Part shown: one piece after another, positions 1 through 9,753 of the stretch
Layout: the number at the start of each line of letters is the position of its first letter
How positions within the stretch are numbered: the first letter of the stretch is position 1
The notes under the pieces: generated by a model
Told to the model about the DNA's origin: nothing
The model's input: only the letters and a program-made list of their open reading frames with translations
Databases searched by the model: none
Program-made: the position numbers and the translations under genes
Origin: an uncultured archaeon
GTDB taxonomy: Archaea > Thermoplasmatota > Penumbrarchaeia > JASLWR01
DNA length: 45,187 bases
Reading direction: 5' to 3'
NCBI GenBank assembly: GCA_964430885.1
Contig: CAYSHM010000017.1
Location: 1 to 45,187 of the forward strand

Positions 1-323
1 ATTTTGCCAAATCCAATTAATCTATATAAAATTCCAATTCATTAAAATTTCAAATAACATATGAAAATATAATTAAATCCATGCAACATTAAATTTGAAA
101 TTAAAAGGATGGAAAACAATTTTTATTTTTATAAATATTAACATAAATTTTATCATAAGTTGACCTCCTTTATTTATCCTCTAATGTTCCTTTCCAAATC
201 AGGCTTTCCGAATAGCTATTTAGTTCTTAAAGGTGAAAACTTTAAAATCTGTAAATGAGTATCTATACTCCATAATCAGTTAATATCAAGCTTTACAGCT
301 AAACCTGCCGACTACTCGTAGGG

Positions 324-1112
324 GTGATATTGTTGAAAATCGGACTTTCAACTAGCATATTCAAGGGTGAATCCCTGAAGTTCATACTCAAAATGGCCAC
401 ATATCTGGAAATGGATTGGATCGAACTGAAGACTGAGCTTCTCAAGGAAGATCTGACCCAGGCAGCGGATATTATCAATTCAAAACCTGATTATTCAGAG
501 ATCAGTAACTTCTCCATACATTCCGCCCACAAAGGTATGAACCTGATGAACATGTCAGATGAACAGATAAGAAGACATGAAGAAGACCTTGATCTTGCCA
601 AATCCTTGGGTGCTGACAGGGTCATATTTCACGCAGGTTACTCGGAGGGCGGGGAGCATTATGAGGAATTGGATAATGTGATACCTGTTATAGAGCACTA
701 TCTGGATTACACGGAAGATACCAGTATAATGATCCTTGTTGAAAACACAATGTTCGGCAGAAATAAGCTCTGCAGCGATCCCAGGGAACTTAAGCACGTT
801 CTGAAGACCATCAACCACCCCCGGTTGGGCGCAACATTGGATATAATAAATCTTCTGGGTATAGAGGAGGACAAGTTAAAGAAACGATACAAGAAGATAA
901 GGAAATGGGTCAGACACATACATATCAATTCGACCCCCGTCTATGAAGGGGAACTGAAGATGAAGAAGTATGTCAAGCTCTTTCTAAAAGAACTCAAACT
1001 CAAGAAAAGGATCAAGAAGGAAAAGTACAAGATCCCTGTCATACTGGAGGGAAAAACCTCTCTGGCCAGGGAAATGCAGTTCTATAATGATCTAAAAAGA
1101 AAGCTCAAATGA
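324..1112 (+). CDS. Sugar phosphate isomerase/epimerase family (AP endonuclease 2 / xylose isomerase-like TIM barrel) protein
   Basis: Motifs WIEL, SIHSA, IFHAG, LVENT, TLD, HIHI and ILEG occur in the order typical of the family. GTG start. Confidence 0.75.
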   Translation: MILLKIGLSTSIFKGESLKFILKMATYLEMDWIELKTELLKEDLTQAADIINSKPDYSEISNFSIHSAHKGMNLMNMSDEQIRRHEEDLDLAKSLGADRVIFHAGYSEGGEHYEELDNVIPVIEHYLDYTEDTSIMILVENTMFGRNKLCSDPRELKHVLKTINHPRLGATLDIINLLGIEEDKLKKRYKKIRKWVRHIHINSTPVYEGELKMKKYVKLFLKELKLKKRIKKEKYKIPVILEGKTSLAREMQFYNDLKRKLK

Positions 1113-1145
1113 GGGTTGGTTCAGTTTAGACTTCTGATCCTACAC

Positions 1146-2501
1146 TCATTCAGGAGGCAAACCTATAAAACCATTGTCCATGAGCATGCGGGTCTTGTCC
1201 CGGGAATCGGTAATACTTTTCCTGGCCCTTTCCCTTATCTCCTCTGCTGTCAATATCTTTCGGGCAACTCCCTGTTCTATAGCTTTCAAACCTACATACT
1301 CCGCTTCCCTGATGAAAACCTCGTAGTCATCCATCGTGGGAACAATATAGTCTTCATGTATACCCTTCTCCACAGCTGTTTGGGCTATTGCCTCTGCTGC
1401 TGCAATGGCCATCTCGTCTGTTATGGTAGTAGCCATTACATCAAGAGCACCTCTGAAAATACCCGGGAAACCCAATGAGTTGTTGATCTGATTCGGAAAA
1501 TCGCTCCTTCCGGTTCCCACTATCCTTGCTCCGGCCTCCTTGGCTTCCCATGGCCAAATCTCGGGTACTGGATTGGCAACCGGAAATACAATGGCATCTT
1601 CAGCCATTGTCTCGATCCATTCCTTCTTAATAATCCCCGGGCCCGGTTTTGACGCTGCGACAAGAACATCGATTCCTCTGACCGCCTCCCCTATCCCTCC
1701 TGTCAGTCCATGGGGATTGGTGGTAGAGGCAAAGTCGTACTTCCAAGGATTGGTCTCTCTCATAGTGGGCAGATCCTCACGGTTCCCATGAATGATGCCC
1801 CGGCTGTCCACAAGAATAATATTACTTCTCTTGGCACCGTACTTGGTAAGAACGCGAAGATATGCTACATTTGCTGCTCCCACACCTACAATGGCGAACT
1901 TTGCTTTCTTGATATCTTTTCCCACAACACGAAGTGCATTAATCGTACCCGCTAGCTGTATACTGGCCGTTCCCTGCTGATCATCATGCCATACAGGAAT
2001 GTCCATCTCCTCCCTCAATCTTTCCAGAATATGGAAACAATTGGGATTGGATATGTCCTCCAGGTTGATCCCTCCGAATGTGGGTTCAAGGAGTTTGACC
2101 GTCTCGATGAACTTCTCAGGGTCCTTTGTGTCTATCATCAAGGGCTGTGCGTCAACGCCGCCGAGATATTTGAATAAAAGGGCTTTCCCCTCCATTACCG
2201 GCAATCCTGCATAAGGGCCTATATCACCCAGACCCAAAACCCTGGTGCCGTTGCTTGCCACTGCAATGGTGTTCCATCGATTGGTAAGCTGATTGACCTT
2301 TTCCCTATCTTCCTCGATAGCCCTGCAGGGAGAGGCCACACCCGGAGTGTACCATACGGAAAAGTCGTCAAAGCTGCGGACCGAACATTTGGGAATTACC
2401 TCTATCTTTCCCTTGAAATGTGCATGCCAAGGCACACCTTTCTTAGCAGGTTCCATTGAACGGCGGAGTCTTTCAGAATCACTATTGTTCACATTTGTCA
2501 T
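1146..2501 (-). CDS. NAD(P)-dependent malic enzyme
   Basis: YTPGVA, GTRVLGLGDIG, PVMEGKALLFK, INLEDI, HDDQQGTA, GVGAA, ANPVPEI and TGRSDFPNQINN motifs. Confidence 0.95.
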   Translation of the reverse strand: MTNVNNSDSERLRRSMEPAKKGVPWHAHFKGKIEVIPKCSVRSFDDFSVWYTPGVASPCRAIEEDREKVNQLTNRWNTIAVASNGTRVLGLGDIGPYAGLPVMEGKALLFKYLGGVDAQPLMIDTKDPEKFIETVKLLEPTFGGINLEDISNPNCFHILERLREEMDIPVWHDDQQGTASIQLAGTINALRVVGKDIKKAKFAIVGVGAANVAYLRVLTKYGAKRSNIILVDSRGIIHGNREDLPTMRETNPWKYDFASTTNPHGLTGGIGEAVRGIDVLVAASKPGPGIIKKEWIETMAEDAIVFPVANPVPEIWPWEAKEAGARIVGTGRSDFPNQINNSLGFPGIFRGALDVMATTITDEMAIAAAEAIAQTAVEKGIHEDYIVPTMDDYEVFIREAEYVGLKAIEQGVARKILTAEEIRERARKSITDSRDKTRMLMDNGFIGLPPE

Positions 2502-2648
2502 AGTATCTGCCTTACCTTATAGGGATTGAATTTTCTATTGGTTTAAGTAAATTTAAGGTTGGAAAACCGATCTCAAATGGTAATAATGCTTTTTGATGAG
2601 TAATTGTTGATCGTATAACAAATGGGATGAAATCTTCAGTTATTTGGT

Positions 2649-4058
2649 TCAGGTTCCGGTATTCAGGTTGTTAAGAATACCTCTTGCCGCCAGAAGACCG
2701 GTTGCTGATGCATTTACTATATCCCCAGATAGCCCCGCACCGTCACCTGCAGCATAAAGACCCCTTATGCTTGTGCGCATGTTGGAATCAACAGCCACTT
2801 TCATGGAATAGAACTTTATCTCCGGTGCATACAGAAGGGTTGAATCGGACATCACCCCTGGTATAACCTCATCAAGCTTGTCTAGGCCCTCGATGATGTC
2901 GGTGACTATACGGTGGGGAAGCGCCATTGATATGTCTCCAGGAGTAAGACTTCGGAGTGTATTTTTCACATGTCCTCTCTTGAGCCTTTTGGATGTGGTC
3001 CTTCTTCCTTTTTTGAGATCTCCAATCCTTTGAACAATGGGATCTCCTCCACCGATGGTGCTGGCAAGTTTGGCTATGGATTTACCGTACTTGGTCGTGT
3101 TCTCCATAGGTTCCGTTAGATTAATGTGTACAAGAAATGCAAAATTGGTATTTACTGATTCCTTCTCCTTGTGGGAATGACCGTTGACCCCTATGAATCC
3201 CTTGTACTTTTCCTTGACAACAAAGCCGTGGCAGTTGGTACAGAAGGTCCTGATAAAATCATCGTAGGTCTTTGTCCTAATATGGAACTTAGGGTCCCGG
3301 TTAATGGAGGTAATGCCATCCATTATTATTGCTGGCACTTCTACCCGGACACCCACGTCTATTCCCCCGTAACTGGCCTTAACCGGATGCAGGTCGATTA
3401 TCTTCTCTATCCAGCTTATACCTCCCCTTCCAGGACTGATGAGGACAGTTTTGGATCTGATTTCCAGTCCATCCTTGCCCTTGATCCTGACACCCTTGCA
3501 GACACCCTTCTCAATAATAAGGTCCTCCACCTTAGTGCCCAGTCTTACATCCACACCCATGGATCTGATCTCCTCAGAGAAGATCTTCAGCAGAAGTGGC
3601 GCCTTATCTGAACCTATATGCCTTTGGGGAATATCTATGAACCTAACTCCCGCAGATGCAGCCTTGAGTTTCAGCTCCCGTACCTTCTTGGTATTGTTTT
3701 TATTAGCCAGATCACTGGGGGCACCGAATTTCAGAAATATTTCATCAACTTCTATGATAAGTTCCTCGGCTTCGGAAATATCTGTGGCATACTTCGAAAG
3801 ATCCCCTCCAATGTCATATCTGAGATTAAGGGTCCCGTCGGAAAATATGCCTGCTCCTCCCTCTCCGCACATGATATCGCATACAGGGCATTGTACGCAA
3901 ACTCCGGTTTCCAGAGCGGTACAGGACCTCATATCCACACTCTTCCCCCTATCTATCATTAGTATTTTCAAATGAGGGGCCTTCTTTATGAGCTTATAGG
4001 CGGCGAACATACCTGCCGGTCCCATTCCAATGATTATTATATCCCATTCCTTATCCAT
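2649..4058 (-). CDS. FAD/NAD(P)-dependent oxidoreductase (uncharacterised dehydrogenase family) with an N-terminal Cys cluster
   Basis: Rossmann GMGPAG; C-x7-C-x2-C-x2-C; GEGGAGIFSDG; RHIGSD; GVRVE; RTFC; VNGHS; YAPEIKFYS; GDGAG. Confidence 0.88.
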   Translation of the reverse strand: MDKEWDIIIIGMGPAGMFAAYKLIKKAPHLKILMIDRGKSVDMRSCTALETGVCVQCPVCDIMCGEGGAGIFSDGTLNLRYDIGGDLSKYATDISEAEELIIEVDEIFLKFGAPSDLANKNNTKKVRELKLKAASAGVRFIDIPQRHIGSDKAPLLLKIFSEEIRSMGVDVRLGTKVEDLIIEKGVCKGVRIKGKDGLEIRSKTVLISPGRGGISWIEKIIDLHPVKASYGGIDVGVRVEVPAIIMDGITSINRDPKFHIRTKTYDDFIRTFCTNCHGFVVKEKYKGFIGVNGHSHKEKESVNTNFAFLVHINLTEPMENTTKYGKSIAKLASTIGGGDPIVQRIGDLKKGRRTTSKRLKRGHVKNTLRSLTPGDISMALPHRIVTDIIEGLDKLDEVIPGVMSDSTLLYAPEIKFYSMKVAVDSNMRTSIRGLYAAGDGAGLSGDIVNASATGLLAARGILNNLNTGT

Positions 4059-4196
4059 GGATACACACCTAAATGACCTATGGCCTTTCCTTCATGTAAA
4101 CCTTTGTTTATATAGATATTATCCCCGGCTATCGATTTTTTCAAACGATCAAAGGTCTGAAAAGATTTTTCTAATCCCCTAACCATACCATTAAGC

Positions 4197-4631
4197 ATGT
4201 TCATCACCCAGGCTGAGCTCGAAGACGCGGAAGAGCTTCAGTACGTAATATCGGAAATACTTGAGCAGTATCACACCGAGGAGATATTGACCCTGATCCT
4301 CCAAGAATGGCCTGAAGGCAGTCTGGTAGTCAGACATGGACACAATATCGAGGGTTTTCTAATGGGGAACAGATTGGAAAATAATACAGCTAGGGTTTTC
4401 GCCTTCGGAGTGAGCGATAGATTCAGGTCCATGGGATTCGGCACCAAAATGCTGAAGATGTTTCTGGACAGATGCAGAATGAATGCCATTTTCAAGGTCG
4501 TTCTTGAGGTAAAGGTTCAAAACATCAGGACCCAGAGGCTCTACAGGAGGTTCGGTTTCATGAAACAGGGACTGCTTGAGGATTTTTACAACGATGGAAG
4601 CAACGCTTTCTCCTACATCAAGTTCCTATGA
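4197..4631 (+). CDS. GNAT N-acetyltransferase, RimI/Ard1-like
   Basis: Acetyl-CoA motif FRSMGFG, then LEVxxxNxxxxxLYxxFGF and C-terminal YNDGSNA. Confidence 0.85.
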   Translation: MFITQAELEDAEELQYVISEILEQYHTEEILTLILQEWPEGSLVVRHGHNIEGFLMGNRLENNTARVFAFGVSDRFRSMGFGTKMLKMFLDRCRMNAIFKVVLEVKVQNIRTQRLYRRFGFMKQGLLEDFYNDGSNAFSYIKFL

Positions 4632-4720
4632 AAGCCAGAACACCAGTCATAAAGATTGCAAAACGGGTGAAAATTGTTATTAACCATAAGGAATCATCGA
4701 TGAAATGATCTAAGTGAAAA

Positions 4721-5494
4721 ATGGGGTTTTTCAATATGCTCATAGGAGTTGACGAGGCAGGGCGCGGGCCCATAATAGGTCCGCTGATCATTGGTGCTGC
4801 GGCAGTTGAAGATGAGAGTTTTCTTAAGGACATCAAAGTACGGGATTCAAAGGCCTATACTCCTCGATTAAGAGAGAGAACCTTTGAGAAGCTTGTTGGG
4901 AATATAGTTTTTTCCCATATATGCTACAGTTCTGAGGATGTTGATGAGGCGGTCAAGTCAAGCAACCTTAATTGGTTGGAAGTGAAAGGTTTTTCCCAAG
5001 CCATTTTGGGAATATATCACAAGTTGAGACCTCGGTTCAATGGTTTCTGGGATTTCATTGGTAAGAGCCGAATTTTTCTGGATTCATGCGATGTCAAGGA
5101 GGAAAGGTTCGGAAAGAATGTGGCACAAGCCCTGATTGATAACTGTATGAAAGAGGGGATCCTGAAAAACTGCTTAAATGATGAGATCACTGAGCTGACT
5201 GAACATGTCCAAGGTATTATAGTATCCAAGCATAAAGCGGACGACATATTTCCGGTGGTTTCCGCTGCTTCGGTAATCGCTAAGTCCTTCAGGGAGCGTG
5301 AGGTTGAGAGTATTAAAAAAGAGCTAGGGGCGAATTTCGGGAGCGGTTATCCCTCAGATGCCAGAACCCGGAAGTATCTTGAGCGGTATTATAAAAAGAA
5401 CAGGAAATTTCCAAAGCATACCCGGCTCTCATGGAAAACAACCAATAAGATCATCTCCAAGGTCAGCACATCCCCATTGGATCGATATTTCTAA
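4721..5494 (+). CDS. rnhB: Ribonuclease HII (start may be ATG 4736)
   Basis: GVDEAGRGP, DSK, HKAD, VSAASVIAK, GSGYPSD and RLSWKT motifs; PIP-like C-terminus SPLDRYF. Confidence 0.96.
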   Translation: MGFFNMLIGVDEAGRGPIIGPLIIGAAAVEDESFLKDIKVRDSKAYTPRLRERTFEKLVGNIVFSHICYSSEDVDEAVKSSNLNWLEVKGFSQAILGIYHKLRPRFNGFWDFIGKSRIFLDSCDVKEERFGKNVAQALIDNCMKEGILKNCLNDEITELTEHVQGIIVSKHKADDIFPVVSAASVIAKSFREREVESIKKELGANFGSGYPSDARTRKYLERYYKKNRKFPKHTRLSWKTTNKIISKVSTSPLDRYF

Positions 5495-5497
5495 GAT

Positions 5498-6286
5498 CTA
5501 ATCTTCGAAGGTCTCCTTCAGTACTGCAATGTCCTCCAAGGGGCATATGTCAAGTTTCAATGGTGTGATCACAACAGCCCCTTTCTTGCTCAGCCACCAC
5601 CAGTCCTTTCCCTTTTCCATGGGTTGCTCCTCGATACTGCCGAGCCAGAAGTAATGGTTTCCAGTGGGGTCTTTCCCGAATTGCGGATTGTTCACAAGTT
5701 TCAGCATCTGGGGTACTGCCACCCTCACTGGGGTCTTTGGAGATATTTCGGCGGGCAGATTCACAGACAGTAGTTTTGTATTGGATGGAAAACCCTTATC
5801 CAGCACCTTACTGATGATTTTCCTGATGATGAAAAGGGAATGATCGGGTACACCGGAGCCTGAACTGCAGAACCATCTGTCGGGTGGGGTTTCATAGGAA
5901 AACGCTACTGCTGGAAGACCATAGAGGGAAGCCTGAAAACACGCGCCCAAGGTTCCCGATGAGAAAATGGAATGATAGGTTGTATTATCCCCGAAGTTAA
6001 CCCCTGAGACAAGAAGATCATATTTTTTACCGCTGTCCGAGAGGGCGAACATAACGCAGTCAGCGGGGGTTCCGGAAACAGTCTCTACCAATATCTCCTT
6101 ATCCCCGAGAACAAGGCCTCGTTCACCTTTTCTAAGTACCGAATCAAAGGTAAGGGATTTTGATACCCCGCTCTGGGGAGTCCGCGGGGCTACTATTCGG
6201 ATATCATACAGAGGCATCAGGGATTCGGCTAACATTTTCAATCCTATACTGTTATAACCGTCATCGTTGGTGATCAGAATTGTCAA
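5498..6286 (-). CDS. surE: 5'/3'-nucleotidase SurE
   Basis: ILITNDDG, QSGVS, GTPADC, SGVNFGDN, SGTLGA and ITPL motifs. TTG start preceded by GAGGTGA. Confidence 0.95.
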   Translation of the reverse strand: MTILITNDDGYNSIGLKMLAESLMPLYDIRIVAPRTPQSGVSKSLTFDSVLRKGERGLVLGDKEILVETVSGTPADCVMFALSDSGKKYDLLVSGVNFGDNTTYHSIFSSGTLGACFQASLYGLPAVAFSYETPPDRWFCSSGSGVPDHSLFIIRKIISKVLDKGFPSNTKLLSVNLPAEISPKTPVRVAVPQMLKLVNNPQFGKDPTGNHYFWLGSIEEQPMEKGKDWWWLSKKGAVVITPLKLDICPLEDIAVLKETFED

Positions 6287-6292
6287 AAGTAT

Positions 6293-6299
6293 TCACCTC
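6293..6299 (-). promoter_or_regulatory. Shine-Dalgarno site for surE overlapping the polB stop codon
   Basis: Minus-strand GAGGTGA lies 6 nt before the surE TTG and overlaps the polB TGA (6298-6300), which suggests translational coupling. Confidence 0.7.
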
Positions 6300-8820
6300 A
6301 CATAAAATCCAATAGGGTTTTTTTCCCTTCCTTCACATTCTCAGAATCCTCGGACGAACCGGTATTGCTCTCCCTGCTCCTTGTAATCTCCTTTGAACTC
6401 ACGGAAACTCCGTCTGCATTTACAGTCCCCACCCATCCGTCAATGGAGCTTTGATGTTCGGATTCAAGAAGATATTTCATATCGTATCCAAAAACCTCGG
6501 TTACACGGGAAAGTGATTTCGCCAGCCTGTTGGAATAATAGTCCATATCGGGTTTGATGGAAATATTCCGTTCATCGGTAACAGGCTCAACTTCCTGGGG
6601 ATTTCTGGAGCTGTCTGTTACTATATAAGCGACCTTCATTCCAGGGGTGAACTCCGGATCCTTTTTCATCAATTTCTTCATTGCCTGAACATGGGGGAGA
6701 CGATCCGGAAACTTGTAGTGGGACTCGGATTTGACTGTCTTTGATATCAACAATTTCTTCTTATCCACTTCACCCCTTCTCAATCTTTGGACGACCTCCC
6801 TGACCTCTTTCAGCATCTTTTTTACACTCTTCTCCTCATCCTCCCCGGATAAAATGATATTAAAAACCTTCTTAAGGGTGTCAGAAAGCAGATCAAAACT
6901 GTCGCTCCTTCTGATCTCATAACCCCTCACCAGAATATCCTCTTCAGGCCAGATTATTTTCCCCGCATATCTTTTTTTTACCCCGTGGGCAAAGAAGCTT
7001 GACAGTATATTCTCGAATTCCAGTACTGCTCCGGCTTTGGAATATCTCTTTGACAGATCCTTCCCGAAGGATATGGTTTCCTCAAGATGCAGAAAAGGGG
7101 ATTTGATGAAAATGGAATCCGTATCGGAATAAAGAACGCTAATCCCCTCTTTCTGAAGCTCGTTTATAATACTGGTGATGTTCTTCCGGGCAAGACCAGT
7201 TATGGCGCTCCCTATGTTCTTGTCAGTGAACCTGTAGAAATTGGATGCGAAAATTCCGTAAAATGCGTTCATGAGGATCTTGATAGCATACTGAAAACCT
7301 TCGTAGTACTCCTTCTCTTCCTTACCCCTTGCCGACTGGGCCATTCTCTTTGCGGCCTCTCTTTCCATCATCAATTTCTCCAAAAGCGCAGGCAGAATAC
7401 CTCTCTTTATCTCCGATCTTATGAACCTGGCTCCATTGGGGGCTACTATGAAACTATCGGTATCCTTTGTCCTGTTCGGAGAATCTAGATGCGATTTTAA
7501 AAGGGTGGTGAAACAGATATTGTTTGCTATCATGATCATTGGATACATGGATTTGAAATCAAGAACACATACCCAATGATAAAGACCCGGCTGCATGCTG
7601 TGGACATAACCGCCTACAATGTTCTTGCCCCCGGCGGAATGTGAGGTCATGGGTACCCCGATACCCTTTGCATCAGCCTCTCTTATCAATAGCGAATCGA
7701 TCAGCACAGAGGTCCGGCCCCTCACAACTTCTGCCAGTGGAAGCCTGCTCACCTGGGCAAGATCAACGCTCTTCTGGAGCACTCCAATCCTCTCCAGAAG
7801 CTTCATGGGGAGAAGAGCATCCCTCTTACAGTATTCGATCACTTTTTCGGAATTATTGCTCCATTCCTCATCGATATTGGAGGCGTCCACATCTAATTTA
7901 TCAAGACCCAGGAGCTTTGAGGACACATAAGATAGGGTTTCTCTTTTGGGTTTGACCTCTATCTTGACCTGCCACCATGCATCCATGACGCACCGGCCCG
8001 TACATCTCCAAGGCTGTCCTTTGTCCCTGCTCATGCCAGAATTGTTTCTTCCGAGGATGAGTTCGGTCCCGATATGATTGTGCGCCATCCGGTCTATTAT
8101 ATAGGGTATATCGTAGTTCTCGATATTGTAGCCAGTCAGGATATCCGGGTCCTCACGCTTTACAAGGTGGATGAAATCAGTGATAATGCTCTCCTCGTCA
8201 CCGGTAAAAACATGATATTCAACATCCCTTTGTCCCTGCTTTACAGCACAGCAAATACACAGTATTCGCCCCATCTTTATGGAATTCTCCAAATCAAAAC
8301 TTAATATCTTAAGATCCGTCTTGAAAGATGGTGAGGCTTCGATCTCAGCTACCTGAAATACCGAATCCGTGGTATAATAATGCTGATGGTCATCCTCCAT
8401 GAGATAGTTTCCTCTAACCTTGACCACTGATCCCAGATCGAAATCGAAGAAAAACCTCTGAACAAATGGTATGTCGGCTGCCAGGAATTTGAAGCTCTTT
8501 CCGTATTTTCTCTTGTAAGAGGGTACGTCAAATGGGCGCTTTATAGTGACCTTGAAACAATTCTGGTCGATATTATCGACGTTCAGGATCTTCTTTTGAA
8601 GTGAAATGACATTGTCGTCTTCCCTGAGTTCCCCCAGAACATCACTGTCCGGGGAGATAATATAGAAATATGGGAAGAAACCCTTGTGAACCAAGGTCAC
8701 GGAGCTTCCGTCCTTGGCCCTTCCGAATAACTCCACCCTTACACTGCCCCTCTCCACGGAATAGGTTCCGTCAATGATCCTTACTAATATCTCATCCATA
8801 GAAAATCCCGTTCCGACCAT
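6298..8820 (-). CDS. polB: Family B DNA polymerase with 3'-5' exonuclease domain, no intein
   Basis: Exonuclease motifs SFDLE, GYNIENYDIPY and YCKRD; polymerase motifs DFKSMYP, KILMNAFYG, YSDTDS and KKRYA; C-terminal PIP-like box. Confidence 0.97.
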   Translation of the reverse strand: MVGTGFSMDEILVRIIDGTYSVERGSVRVELFGRAKDGSSVTLVHKGFFPYFYIISPDSDVLGELREDDNVISLQKKILNVDNIDQNCFKVTIKRPFDVPSYKRKYGKSFKFLAADIPFVQRFFFDFDLGSVVKVRGNYLMEDDHQHYYTTDSVFQVAEIEASPSFKTDLKILSFDLENSIKMGRILCICCAVKQGQRDVEYHVFTGDEESIITDFIHLVKREDPDILTGYNIENYDIPYIIDRMAHNHIGTELILGRNNSGMSRDKGQPWRCTGRCVMDAWWQVKIEVKPKRETLSYVSSKLLGLDKLDVDASNIDEEWSNNSEKVIEYCKRDALLPMKLLERIGVLQKSVDLAQVSRLPLAEVVRGRTSVLIDSLLIREADAKGIGVPMTSHSAGGKNIVGGYVHSMQPGLYHWVCVLDFKSMYPMIMIANNICFTTLLKSHLDSPNRTKDTDSFIVAPNGARFIRSEIKRGILPALLEKLMMEREAAKRMAQSARGKEEKEYYEGFQYAIKILMNAFYGIFASNFYRFTDKNIGSAITGLARKNITSIINELQKEGISVLYSDTDSIFIKSPFLHLEETISFGKDLSKRYSKAGAVLEFENILSSFFAHGVKKRYAGKIIWPEEDILVRGYEIRRSDSFDLLSDTLKKVFNIILSGEDEEKSVKKMLKEVREVVQRLRRGEVDKKKLLISKTVKSESHYKFPDRLPHVQAMKKLMKKDPEFTPGMKVAYIVTDSSRNPQEVEPVTDERNISIKPDMDYYSNRLAKSLSRVTEVFGYDMKYLLESEHQSSIDGWVGTVNADGVSVSSKEITRSRESNTGSSEDSENVKEGKKTLLDFM

Positions 8821-8882
8821 AGAGAGTTTCTCATATATATAAGGATATATACGGCGTTAGCCGAGGTCATTCTAATTCTGTT

Positions 8883-9452
8883 TCACGGTTTGGGAATGGG
8901 TGTGAAATCTTCTTCAACCTTTATCTTGCGTTTCAGGGGCCGGTTCTCTATAACAGCATGAGGAATTATCAGTAATACAAAAAGGAGGGCCAGAAATAGA
9001 TTGGCAAAGGATGAGGTAAAAAGGGCCAGTCCCAGGAGCATAAGGAAAAAACCTATGTCCTCAGGATGATAGAGGTGCTTGTAAATCGAGCGGTCAACAA
9101 CCTCGATATTGGGTCTGTAGAAATTAATGCAGAGCGACCTTTTAAGGCCTAACGCGCTGAATCCCCAACCAGCCAAACACAATCCGTTCAGAGACACCAC
9201 CAGCCCGAAATATGAGAGGAGAACATTGCTGTGAAAATGTTGGTTTTCCTGAAACTGCAATAAAAAAAGGGCGGCCAAGAACAAGGCCCAAAGTGAACAT
9301 GTTACTGCAACGTGGACCTTAAAACCACTCCGTCCAAACATTTTCGTAATCTTTCTACCTTTGAGCTGCACATAGAGTAGTATTGACTCTATTAATATTG
9401 TTGCGCAAAGAATCAGCAGGGTGATGAACAGCACGATTTCCATTCTTACCAT
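8883..9452 (-). CDS. PEMT/ICMT-like integral membrane methyltransferase family protein
   Basis: About 5 hydrophobic helices; YKHLYHPEDIG resembles the family Y..+RHP.Y.G motif; E follows the last helix. Confidence 0.6.
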   Translation of the reverse strand: MVRMEIVLFITLLILCATILIESILLYVQLKGRKITKMFGRSGFKVHVAVTCSLWALFLAALFLLQFQENQHFHSNVLLSYFGLVVSLNGLCLAGWGFSALGLKRSLCINFYRPNIEVVDRSIYKHLYHPEDIGFFLMLLGLALFTSSFANLFLALLFVLLIIPHAVIENRPLKRKIKVEEDFTPIPKP

Positions 9453-9753
9453 TTCCCTTTCTGTATGGTTAAATATGGATGATTATAGTTGGGCAGTAAT
9501 TAATGAACGATTATAATAGAAAAAAGGAGGGATATAAATTATATTGTAAAAACTTCATAAATAATATCTCAACCATCGAAATGATGAAAAGATAAATTCA
9601 ATGAAAATCAGCGCTGTCAGCATATTATGTCTTTGGTAATGAAAATTGGAATTAGTCTTGCTTATGGTGGGATGTTATGGAAAATAATTTATATCTGTGA
9701 GCTTATATTTTCCAAGCAGATATTTGATTCCTAAACTTCTGGAGTGAGTTATT

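Noticed and set aside
7114-7131. PolB motif YSDTDS instead of YGDTDS
   Set aside because: Both aspartates are retained and this position varies among active archaeal PolBs.
9581-9640. ATGATGA (and GTGATGA near 34050) as C boxes of C/D sRNAs
   Set aside because: No properly spaced CTGA D box.
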